From Trichoplax sp. H2 (taxonomy: Eukaryota), in the NCBI GenBank assembly GCA_003344405.1, contig NOWV01000142.1, positions 174,112 through 194,111 on the forward strand: a stretch of DNA of 20,000 nt. The letters are read 5' to 3'. The notes below the pieces were generated by a model. It was given only the letters and a program-made list of their open reading frames with translations, did no database searches and was not told the origin of the DNA. The translations under genes and the position numbers were made by a program. Below are positions 1-11,222 of this stretch, piece after piece. Each line of letters opens with the position of its first letter. Within the stretch, counting starts at the first letter, position 1.

Positions 1-1701
1 TACGGTAGGGTGTGTTGGTCAAATATCCACTATAAAGAATTAGATTGAGGCATCCGAATTTCCTCCACTTCCCCCTCTTAAACCAGCCTTCGCCAGATTT
101 TAGCTAAAGTAATTTCGAAAAAAATTTTATAGTCGATAATTTGAAGAGTAACGCTAAATTATTATTCGTTCGGCGTAAAGTTTCGTTTTCAGCAATACTG
201 TACAGTCTAGACTACAGTATGGTTGGACAATCTTGCCAAAGTCGTTTCTTAAAAGTGAAATTATTACACGTTGGGCATGCACGCTCAGTGACAAGTCAAT
301 TGTTTATTTTACTCCAGCTGACACGAGTTGTTTAGTCAAGTTAGCCAGTCCTACTGTTCACGGTTGTGTCTACTTCCCCTGCAATCAATATCATAATCAT
401 GGCATGACGATTTAAACCTTAAATATCCTCTGTATTGACATGATGGTATCGAGATGATTTGGAGCCAACGTACATGTTACTATTTATCAAATTGCATTCC
501 ATAAAGTTCGTTCAGGCAATCGTGACTACTGTACAATTTGAAATCCCTGCCATTCAGATAGTAGTTCCCATTTGCAAGATAAAAAAAGATGGCAACTTTG
601 AAGAAATCATACTGTTTACTATCGCATTCAAGACATCCGTCAGTAAATGATCACTCGCGTCTTTAATTCAACAGGCAACGTAAAAACAAATCATGCTCCA
701 TCAACATGTATGTCCAACGTTGATCATATTGATTATTTTTGGCCCTTCAATAGGATTATATGGAGCACTGATGGTACTCCGTTTGCATTGAAAGGTGCCG
801 CAGAGACAGTTTGATTCCCCAGTAAGTTAATTAGTCCCGCCATTAATCAACTCTGAGGAAATCACCCTGTAATATCCAGTAGTGCGTTAATTAAAGATGC
901 CATTCCCATCATTTTTGTTCCTGCAGGCAACTTAAAAGAGCTGAGGCGTTTAGCGTTTTTACCTAGAAGGATTGTTGGACAGAAAACATAATGATAAAGT
1001 GCTTTAAATACTAAATTAGCTGTAAATCGATTCTTTGATTGCAATAAATGGACGAGTAAATGAAAGTCTTTACCAGACTTTAAATGTACAGTACTTCAAG
1101 CACTCAAGGGTTTAGCTACGAATCGATTCTTTATTGCAACAAACTAATCTACGAAGTGATATTGCAGAGAATGTTTCATTTAATTAAGAATGTTGTTTAC
1201 ATTGCCGTTCTTTTCTAATTCGTAAGAATAGAGTGAAGGGCACGAAAATATACTACCAAGACTTAATAAAAAATTAGGCAGTTTAAGTTACTTCTGAATG
1301 AGAAATTAGCCCAAAGGATATGATTTCGATAGAACTGAAGACAGCAATTGCATTATTATTGCACTCAACCCAAATTTATTCAGTCCGTGTTTACTTTACT
1401 AAAGCACATATTCATATGATAAATGACTAGTAGTATTAATTAAAACATACCTTTTGAATTATCGTCTGTTATCTTTAAAATTGTAGCTTTCAAATCTAAT
1501 AAACTGATACTATGCTGTATTATTATTATTATAATATCAAAATTACGTTAATTAAATCAGCAAATATCTTCTATGTAACTATGTGCAAAATGAGATTAAC
1601 TGATCTACGACTTGGATTAATATTGCATTATCAAAGCTTAGAAAATTTTGCAGATGTTAGTATCATGTTGACATCATTTTTCTTTCTATTTTTGAATATA
1701 G

Positions 1702-2240
1702 CATCTAAGTATTCAAGAAATTACCCAAAGATACCAATGGATTGTTGATCATGTGCTTCATTCTAACCGAAATAATTCGTTTGGACGCCTAGTTGTACTA
1801 TTCTATTTCGGGTATCAACTAGTTTGTCGTCGATGGGATAATTTTGACTTCAAGCATCTTTTAAGAGAAGTTACAAAAACAATCATTCACATTGCCATAA
1901 ACTATGTAATGGATAAATTCTGGGATGGAACCTGGGTAATAACAGACTATCTGCACATTATCCCTGATATCAGTAGCTACAATACTGCCATTACTCTTGC
2001 CATAGTGATAAATTCTTTGAATGATGACAATAATACCTAATTTGGGTAGAAGTGTTAACAATACTGTTAATATCACCTAACTTTGAATTTTTGGATTAAT
2101 AACAGGATACCGTCTACGAGAACATAATGCAAATTCCGTTCGTCCAGAGCCAAATATCACCATTCCGAAGGAATTCTTTGATAGCAATAGCTCTTGTGTT
2201 CGGTTCAATTTTGGCGTTGAGTTTTATTCGACGTACCTAA
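1702..2240 (+). CDS. Divergent Bcl-2-family protein (BH1, BH2 and C-terminal TM anchor); exons 1702-1935 and 2106-2240; N-terminal exon(s) not resolved
   Basis: Acceptor ..tttttgaatatag| at 1701 opens HLSIQEITQRYQWIVDHVLHSNRNNSFGRLVVLFYFGYQL (BH1-like, cf. NWGRxxxLFxFG). The exon ends ..KFWDGTW|gtaata, a phase-0 intron after the BH2 Trp, the same position as in the Bax-like gene at 14227. Acceptor aacag| at 2105 gives DTVYENIMQIPFVQSQISPFRRNSLIAIALVFGSILALSFIRRT*, a hydrophobic tail flanked by Arg pairs. Confidence 0.8.
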
Positions 2241-2355
2241 ATGATCGATTAATTAATACTAAAAGAATAGATTTATTATGTGAAAGGCTTAACTCGTAAA
2301 GGATAGATATAAACAGTACAGTTAACTCCAATATTTGATACTGTACCTAAAGATG

Positions 2356-2876
2356 TGTAAGACAGTGTAATATTATATTCTAAGTTGATGATGTATTTAG
2401 TAATGTCTACCGTAGATATTGTGTTCAACACGTGATAGATACTCTCTCCGGTTATTTTTGATTGCTATATATCATATTACAAAAAGTATTTCTAAGAGGA
2501 TAATGTTCGTTAGTCAGCGATCTGATAGTTACTGAACCTCTGTTAAATGAGCACATTATCGTAAACCGTCAGTAAAGCGACGGGAGTTTGCACTAGTCCT
2601 TTTGAAGAGGAGCCCTACAGTGCTCAAACTAGAGCTTCACATGAAAGGTGTAAACTATCCTGCATTAAGATACCAACACTGAAGTGTGTAATAAGTAAGG
2701 TGCTAAGACTGTAAACGCGAAAAAGTATATAAGCGGGTAGTTTGGTATAGTAAGATAGTTCTTTCTCGTTAGAGATCCTCAGCTAATCGATTACGTTGTA
2801 CCTTCGTAAACGAGGTTTTGTTCAATAAATCTTAATTTTCTAAAGTTATGAAGATTCTTGATCTATTAACCTCACA
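2356..2876 (+). mobile_element. Solo LTR of an LTR retrotransposon (521 bp)
   Basis: Termini TGTAAG...CTCACA (TG..CA, 5/6 inverted match). Flanked by the identical 5-bp direct repeat AGATG (2351-2355 and 2877-2881). Internal TATATAA at 2726-2732 followed by AATAAA at 2824-2829, the expected U3-R-U5 order. No internal gag/pol. Confidence 0.72.
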
Positions 2877-5496
2877 AGATGATTCGGTTCGGTTTTGTCA
2901 TTGCTAGTAAATGTCTATCTTATATCTATCTGCTAATGCAAATACGACTTTTTCGGTCGCGTTATATGAAAGTTCTCTAAAAAATTCAATCAAATTGCAG
3001 AAGCGTATCTGTTCCTTTTTTTGAATTTATATGAAATGACTTGTTCATTAACCATGATATATTTATTATCAAACATTTTTGATTTTGGTCTATAATCGCC
3101 CAGTAACTTAATGTTAATTTCTGTCATATATTGAAAATCAGTAATTATAGTATCAGCAATACGGATATTATTTAAAGATCAATACATATTAAATACTACG
3201 TCCTTCTCTCTACTTTATATCTTTTTTGTCTAAACATTATGATGTAAAGATTGTTTTTATGCCAACTTCTCCAGTATGGAGACAATCTTGTGGCTAAAAC
3301 TTGCCGTATGAATTTACTTTTCAAATTTTTAATTTTATAGTAAAGCGAGAGAATTTTGGTCATTAAAATTTTGTTTGTATCGATTAATGATCTTCAATAT
3401 AAAAATACTTTAAAAATTTTATATTCCTTATTGGAACATTAGTGCACAGTCATGAACTTGAATAACTTGACGTGCGTGGTTTAACTTTGTAATAAAATTA
3501 AAATTGTATATCAAATCTCTATGATATTGTCAAATTTCGTATGGATACTACGCAAATGATAGTGGAGGAAAGCGCGAGATTGGTATGAACATGTATTGAT
3601 GAATAGATTTTAATATAAGTATCAATGAAATTGCAACTTTACTATGTGCCTCTTACTAGCATCCCTTTACTAGCAACCTCTGAGATATATGTTAGCATGC
3701 AAATTTTTTAAATAGTGGCAATTAATCTGCGCAATATCTTGAGATAGAGCTGTATCAATATATTTGGAATAGTGTGCCGTATGTCAGTCGTCACTTTTAC
3801 CTTATTCTTGTTAGAATAGACATCTCGGATTAAGTGAGTTAACCAAATTTTACATCTTGTAATCTATTGCATATTATTGCATATACGCGTAGACTGGGAT
3901 ACATTTTGATTTAACTAACAAGACTGATTACAAGGCAAAACAGATATACCGAATTCGAAACTGTTTTATTCATATCTAAATCCGTAATACTTGTTATCTA
4001 AGCTCTCTATCTATTTCCACATTATATATAATACTCTTCTAAGTTTATGCATCGAGATATTATGGTACTGTATTAGCAGAAGAGTTACCAAACTATCGCT
4101 TGTAATAAAATCTTAAGGTTGCGTGCTTATAGGATGCAGCAAATAGTTAGCCTTTGGCAATGAAATTTAATCATAACACAACTAAGTATATCTACGTGTA
4201 TTACCATAGTATGAATATTCTATAAATTTTTCTACTTTATGAAAGAAAATTTATGTATAAAAGCCGATTTAGCCTTAAAATATTCCCACATCTCACTATA
4301 CTAGCCGTTCTTGCGTACTTAATCATTAATTACAATTACATAATTAATATATTGCGCTGTGTGTTTCCGTTGCAGATCTAAGTAATTTAGACTCAGTTCT
4401 CACTATACTTCGTTGAAGCCTGGCCAAAAAATATTTTGACTATTCTAAACTGCAGTTAATGCACAAAACACCCTCAGAAAATGGAACCAAGTGGCAAGAA
4501 AAGTTAATTATATGATTATGAATGAAAAAGAAAAGCTATAGAAAATAATAGCGATAGTACCACTACTTATAGTGTTCAGATTAGATTAAAATAGCAGTAA
4601 TTAACATTTAATTTTAAGCAATTCAGAATAATGACTGGCTAATTATTATCACGCACAGATAGCAATCCAACCCTTTTGTAACAGCATATTAGAGCTTTTT
4701 GTGGGTCTTGGAGTGTAGAATAATGTTCGATATAATTTTAAATTCGATCCTAGATAATTAATAATCCCAATTTAGTCATCAAAAAGATTTGTATGTGTTT
4801 TAGGCTAGATATTTTTGGTATGATACTATCGTCATAGATAGAATCTGTTTTTATTTGAAATTTTATTGCATAATCGGCATCCAGATCGAATTAAATATAG
4901 AATTAAATTAGTTATATACTACGAGTTGACTACCATGGTCGAGCTGTTATATATGATGTGTTAGAATGCTAATTATAAAATGCTGACTAAGCTACTAAAC
5001 TAGCTTCTCAAGTGAGAATAGGATTTCTATATTTGTTGGCTATAACAGCTAAAGTAATGTTATCGTTGCTAAAGTAACAAGCAGAAACATACGTTTAGTC
5101 ATGGCTATCTTAATCTAATTATTTTCAATATCTTTCGTTGTCACCATATGTCTATCATTAAAAGTCAATGCTTCCGTGATTGAAGCATATTTCAAAGATG
5201 TCGATTTACTACAATCTGTAAAAAACTACCTATTTGGATAATAATTTATAACCATTACTGGACCTTGAAATTATTAATCATTGATTTAAAATTAAATCGA
5301 TTAACCTTATGCCCCAAAGGGCAAAAGGACAAATTAGTAAGTAATAATAATAATTTGATATTGTACGAAATTGAAGAAAACTTTTATCAAGTAAAGTTAA
5401 CATTATATTGCCCTAGCTATTTTATCTTGTTAAATCTTTAAGTACAAAATAACGAGTTGATTAGCTATTATTTTCATGTTGCTTTAATGAGCTAAT

Positions 5497-6405
5497 ATGT
5501 CTGCTTTCATTTCTATAACAGTTCCTAATAACGCACTACTATGCCTGGTGATAGTGGTATCATTGATAATAGCTACACTATTCTTAAATTGCATACTACA
5601 TAAAAGATGGAAATTAATCGTCAAGTTATTTTCCAAATTTTGCCCTCGTGTAAAAGTTCGTAAGAAACGTTCTAGCAAGCTAGATGCTACTAAGGATAAG
5701 TCACCAAATAGTGATGATTATGATACTAGTGATCATCCGTCCGATAATGAAGATGATAAGGCTAATGAAAATAGCAAGTTAATCACTGGACCTGGCGATA
5801 ATCGATCAATCGATCAAAGTAATCTTAGTTCTTCTCACACACCACCACCTAGTAGGGTAGAAACTGCAAGTTTAAGCACATATATTCCAGGTGCTTCTCG
5901 TACCGGATCTTATGCCTTAAATAGTTATACACATAAATTATCCAGTGAAGAAAATTTAGTTCATGTTGAGTTTAAAATTTCATTTGAGGAAACCCTTACT
6001 CAACTTGTAGTGAAGATAGAAGATGCTGTAATTGACGATGAGAAGCTTTTAAAAGGCTATGTTAGTGTTCATGGTGCACTGGTTGGAACTAAAACGAGGC
6101 GCTTTCAAACTAGAGCTAAACGTTCAAGTTCTAGTATTATCTTCGATCAAATATTTGTTTTAACTAATGTTGAAATTTCAGACATTGAAACGTCTAAATT
6201 GCGCCTTCGTTTATATCATCTAGCTAGTAAGGCAGCATTAATGCAAGCCAAAAAAATAGTTGCTGAAAATATTGTTGGCTTGCATCAATTAAAAGCTACA
6301 AATAATAATAACAATAATAACAACACTGATAATGAAGCTGATGAAACTCAGATTGAAGATCAGCCAAAGCCATTGGAAAAAGATGAAGCTGAAGTTGCAG
6401 AGTAA
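5497..6405 (+). CDS. Synaptotagmin-like protein: N-terminal TM, acidic/Ser-rich linker and a single C2 domain (Syt14/16 C2A-like), 302 aa, intronless
   Basis: TM segment LLCLVIVVSLIIATLFLNCIL followed by a basic cluster (HKRWK..RVKVRKKR). C2-like strand pattern VEFKISFEETLTQLVVKI...RFQTRAKR..IIFDQIFVLTNVE..DIETSKLRLRLY...KKIVAENIVGLHQL. Poly-Asn and acidic tail. Confidence 0.75.
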   Translation: MSAFISITVPNNALLCLVIVVSLIIATLFLNCILHKRWKLIVKLFSKFCPRVKVRKKRSSKLDATKDKSPNSDDYDTSDHPSDNEDDKANENSKLITGPGDNRSIDQSNLSSSHTPPPSRVETASLSTYIPGASRTGSYALNSYTHKLSSEENLVHVEFKISFEETLTQLVVKIEDAVIDDEKLLKGYVSVHGALVGTKTRRFQTRAKRSSSSIIFDQIFVLTNVEISDIETSKLRLRLYHLASKAALMQAKKIVAENIVGLHQLKATNNNNNNNNTDNEADETQIEDQPKPLEKDEAEVAE

Positions 6406-6954
6406 TAGTTTCAGTAATGTTATTGTTTTGTTTTTATTCTAATATGCAATTTTGAGTATACAATTTAGGAATCAGTGCACAATTTCTTTTCAATATTTAC
6501 ATTAAAACATCATCGATATACGTATAATACGTGTGCGGCAATTAGGTCTTTATGTAGATAGTTATAATGGATCAAAATAGGGCGCTACATAAACATAGAC
6601 TAGAGGAAATCTAAATTGATACTGTCAACATTGTCAAAACATATCGAGGATGACCAGTAGATTACCATAATAATTGTCTCTATTATAGTAAAATGATGTG
6701 TACGTTATATAGAAATTTTCTATCTAGTATATATACATAATTTAGGGTATATTTTAATATAGTCTTCATTTTTAAATTCGTCTTTTAACGATGTCCATTA
6801 CATATCGAGGTAGTGTATAACTGAATACAGCAAAATTTTGCTTTTATATCTGTTAGAGTAATAAGTTTAATATTTAAGGTATTCTAAGTGTGGATAGTCA
6901 ATGGTTAGTTTAAGGTGATTAGTTACATGCTGCAACGGAATATAAATGAAATAA

Positions 6955-9900
6955 TTATGCATTTGATAATAAATCCTTTAGGTCTTGTAAAAATATGCTT
7001 GCTTTTTCGGGTGTCATTGTATTAGCTAAGGATAGAAAATCGGCTTGATAGGCTTCTGAATTGGATAAATCATTACCAATACGGACTAATTCGCTTCCAA
7101 TGGATCTTACGTCAATTTTTATCTCTTGATTTTGGTCCTTTCTTTCATTATTTATCATAGTTTTATCAACACTATCATATACTTCCGCTACGTCCAAACT
7201 TTTCGCTCTTGACTCTCTCAATTCCTTAGCTCGTAGTATTATCGGTGATGGGATACCAGCCATATCCGCTATTTCAATCCCGAGCGAATTTTGACAGTGA
7301 CCTGGTACTACTTTATGCAAAAGAGTTAACGAATTCTGATCAATGACACCCTTACTAGCTGTAAGCATTTGATATGACGATGAGCATGACAGGTTGTCAT
7401 TGACCATTCGACTCAACTGATGATAATGAGTGGCTGTTAAACACCGACATTTAACAATGTCATGTAGATATTCGATAACAGCCCAGGCGATAGCCATACC
7501 ATCATACATAGCAGTACCTCGACCTAGCCGAAGAATATATTCAAATAAAATAGCAGATTAGATCATTTTCTTTTTTCCTCCTTGTATATTAACTCAAACA
7601 TTTACTTAAAACAAATTCTTACCAATTTCGTCCAGAATAACGAGAGACCTTTCGGTAGCATGAGAAGTAAAATAAGCAGTTTCAAGCATTTCTGTCATGA
7701 ACGTTGATCTGCCTTCTATTATACTATCAGAGCTTCCTATGCGCGTAAATAGTCGATCTACAATACTGAGATGAGCTTTATCGGCCGGAACGTAAGATCC
7801 AATTTGAGCCAAAATTGATATAATAGCATTTTGACGTAAGTAAGTACTTTTACCAGCCATGTTAGGCCCAGTAAGTAACCAAATGCGATCAGAAGGGCGC
7901 AAATTGCAGTCATTTGGTATATAAGAACTCGAATCATAGGTGGTCGATTCAATGACAGGGTGCCTTCCGGCTACAACTTGAAATAACTGATTTTCTTCAT
8001 CGTCGAAAGTTGGTCTAATGAATTTACCATCTTTAGCAGCTATTGCTAAGCTGCAAGCTACATCTAATCTCGCTACAACCTGAGCAATTCTTTTCAACCA
8101 ATCTATAGACAATGTTATTTTATTAAATAAATGGAGTAAAAATTCATTCTTACGTTGGTTAAGTTTAGCAGTGTTTCTTCGTAATTCAATGTTAATCAAC
8201 TGCAATTTTTCATCAGTAAATAATATTCGAGAGGCTTTTGTCTTCACCATCATTACATTACTATCATTAAAAGTAGACTGCAGATTTTTACTCTCAGCTT
8301 TTGGTAAACTGTATGCATAACCAAGATCCTTGTATATTTCTAATTTACCACTTGGCATCAAATTTATGAAATTATCTTTAAGTCTTACAACTTGTTGATG
8401 TAGTGCGTTAATTTCTGAACGAATTTGATCGCATTTATCATCCACACCAATTGCAGGAAAATTGGTTTCATCATCGTCAGTAGTGACTATTCCTTGTAAA
8501 TACTTTATTAAACTCTGGCGGTCGATACTTCTTGGTGGCAGTTGATTGATGAGTTCACGTAAACTGTGATCATTCGTTAAATTTTCATCTAATACCTGAT
8601 GTAACATTTGGGTATTAGGTAGGACTTGACTCAATTTAATAACATGCCCTACATTTGCCATATTAGTAGAAAATGCTTGCACCAGTCGCTCCATATCTCC
8701 ACACGTTTTTAAAATATCGCAAATAGATTTTGTAATTGTTAGATGATGGTAAAAGTAAGTCACTTCATCAAGCCTTTTATTAATTTTTGTAATATCTGTT
8801 AAAGGTGAGGACAAGTCTGCTTTGAGATATCTTCTACCAGCAGAAGTAACGGTATTGTCAATGATATGAAGTAATGTACGCGCTCTACCGCTTGAAGCAT
8901 CGTTATGGAGTGGCTGTAACAGTTCAAGTGATTTTCGACTAGCCGGATCGATAGACATGTGATCATCGATTGAGTAGTGCTTAGGGGTAAGGGTTTTAAT
9001 GATGTGTCTGCCTCTCGTATCAGTTAAATATTTCAGTAGCATCTTGATTGTGCTCTCTTCTATGCTAGAAATTTGTGTATTCTTCAATCCATTGTCACGC
9101 ATCGTTGCCCATATATCGTCTTCTAAGGCATTATCTTTCAATGGTGTTAGCCTAAATCCAGGGAGCAACGACAACTGATCATATTTACCGGCAAAGGAGG
9201 GGATAGCTTGCATTGAATCGTTTTGGTTGAAATACTTGTTTAAAAGATTTTGCATGTCTTGATAACAAATTATCTAATGGAATCAATTAAGCACTGTTAA
9301 AACCTACTTTATGTATTTACTACTTGCATCCTCATTACCAATATGCTATCGATTGCTCTACCAATATGATTTCTATGTATCAAACTTGCAAAATGCAGAA
9401 GTGTCATTGTGATGTTACAGACAGCGTAATCCACCTAGCACAAGTGATGACCAGGGTCTATTCCAGTATTACGCACTTAATTAATTTTTATTTTTTAAAC
9501 CTCTTACCTCAACTGGATTAATTCTGGCCAATTCCTCTCCAAGATTTCCTACATTGACGGTTGTCAGTTGAAAATCACCTGTTGATATATCCACCCAGCT
9601 GATACCTAATTGATGACCCGGTCCTTGACAAACTGCCATCAAGTAGGATGCATTTTCCTGCATAGGATTTATGAAGGTGCCAGGTGTGACCACTTGTGTT
9701 ACCTGTCGATGAACTAATTTAGAGTTGCGGCCAGTGTCAATTTTAGAATCAGTTTGATTGCATACAGCAACACGGAAGCCATGACCAGTCAACTTCGCTA
9801 ACCATGCATCAAGTGCGTAGATAGGAAATCCAGCTAGATCAACATAAGTATTGTTACCCATTTTTTTATGGTGGCTTAAGAATAATTCAGTCTTTCCAGC

Positions 9901-10152
9901 TGCAGCATGTGCATCTTGATTATATAACTCGTAAAATCCACCAACTTGAAATAGTAGCAAGCAATCGCTATACTGTGCTTTAATATGCAAATACTGTTGA
10001 AACATATACTCAGCAGTAAGCGCTAATGGCGAAGTTACAAGGCATCGTTTGAGCGGATTTTCATGCCATTTCAACTTGCTATGCCGCCGCGTATTGAATG
10101 GAATGATTCGCTTGATTCCTTGGAAATAGTTCAATGATGTCCTCATCCACAT
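6955..10152 (-). CDS. MSH1: MutS1/MSH1-type DNA mismatch repair ATPase, probably mitochondrial; exons 10152-9508, 9273-7623, 7523-6955 (954 aa)
   Basis: Domain I: MFQQYLHIKAQYSDCLLLFQVGGFYELY (Phe-x-Glu mismatch motif) and VHRQVTQVVTPGT. Splicing joins RINPVE|IICY (intron 9507-9274, GTAAG..TTAG) and LDEIG|RGT (intron 7622-7524, GTAAG..CTAG). ATPase motifs: Walker A TGPNMAGKSTYLRQNA, GRSTFMTEM, Walker B LDEIGRGT, ATHYHQL, HTH SLGIEIADMAGIP. The N-terminus MWMRTSLNYFQGIKRIIPFNTRRHSKLKW is Arg/Lys-rich and has no acidic residues. Confidence 0.93.
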
Positions 10153-10365
10153 CCTTGTCAAAGTCACGCGGTTTTAATGATTGGAGTTGGATGTTGCATG
10201 CAGGTTACATTAAGGCTTTTGCAGAGCTAGTTCAATCAATACATTGAATTTTAGTGTTGATTATTGCATGAATTCCAGGACAACACTACGGATTTGGAAC
10301 TGCAGGGAGCAGCTGCTGGATGATTGTGCAGCATTTGAGCTTTTCGATATACAGTACTCTGCATA

Positions 10366-10908
10366 ATGTCCAAGGGAGAGATTACGTGCAGAATAATTGT
10401 CACCCTTTTCTTTCCATATCTCTCCTTGGTATTGGGTACTATGACAGTCAGTTTCATTCTAACGTCGCTACTGTCGTGTATAGTACTGTACTTCAAAGAA
10501 CCCTATTTAAGCGACATGATTCTGGTAAGTTGCAAAGGATCTCCTATCCTGGTTGTGAGAATATCGACTCAGTATCATTGAAATCATTTTTAAACAAGAA
10601 AACAAGGACATAGCAGCTGAAGCTTAGCTGAAATCATGTTTTCATCGATCACTGTCGATATTTTAGCACAAAATTAGCGCTAATATTAATATAAATTAAT
10701 CCTATTAAATATATTTATTTATTATTTAGTATAGATTACTCCTATTGAATATATTTATTATTTAAAATAAATTAATCCTATTGAATATATATTTAATATG
10801 TATTTAACATATAAATTAATCCTATTTTATACATATTTATTATTCTACACTATAAAACAGTATCGGAAGGAAGGAGGTCATGGACAAACATCGACGTTAG
10901 ATAATTGA
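10366..10908 (+). CDS. Candidate small two-exon hydrophobic/membrane protein (68 aa); exons 10366-10524 and 10861-10908
   Basis: ataATG start, long hydrophobic stretch IIVTLFFPYLSLVLGTMTVSFILTSLLSCIVLYF, strong donor CTG|GTAAGT at 10525, acceptor aaacag| at 10860 continuing in frame as YRKEGGHGQTSTLDN*. No family recognised. Confidence 0.35.
10691..10850. repeat. AT-rich minisatellite, 4 degenerate units of 36-44 bp
   Basis: Core ATA(A/G)ATTA(A/C)TCCTATT recurs at 10691, 10731, 10767 and 10811. Confidence 0.8.
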
Positions 10909-11222
10909 TGACCCAAATAATGTTTCCATCTTAGGAAAGGATAACTGCCCTTTATACCATCGTATACAGTGGAAATTGCTGCCTCCAATGATCTATTCAA
11001 CTTGAAACCTGCATGACAATAATTAAAATGGCGATTTATAATCATAACAAAATGAATAAAATGGAAGAATTGTTTGCATACTGAAGCACTGTTGTATCTC
11101 GAACATCGTTTTTTGTCAGTCCAATTATACTGCATTCTATATTACAATGTCGAATGTTCCAAACACTTGTTCTGGACATGGTTTTTTATTAACTGGTATT
11201 ATATCTATATCTGGTACAGAAT

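Noticed and set aside
141-1044. Short ORFs of 60-64 aa
   Set aside because: Mostly TTG starts, at a length expected by chance, with no motifs.
1936-2076. Read-through part of ORF 1753-2040 and antisense ORF 1861-2076
   Set aside because: Both are explained by the intron after the BH2 Trp and by the antisense shadow of the coding exon.
6955-10167. MutS as a bacterial contaminant or a fragmented pseudogene (three separate ORFs)
   Set aside because: The ORFs join in frame through canonical GT-AG introns that restore the conserved motifs PVE|II and DEIG|RGT.
10965-10985. TA-CAGTGG resembling a Tc1/mariner TIR start
   Set aside because: No matching inverted terminus was found downstream in the window.
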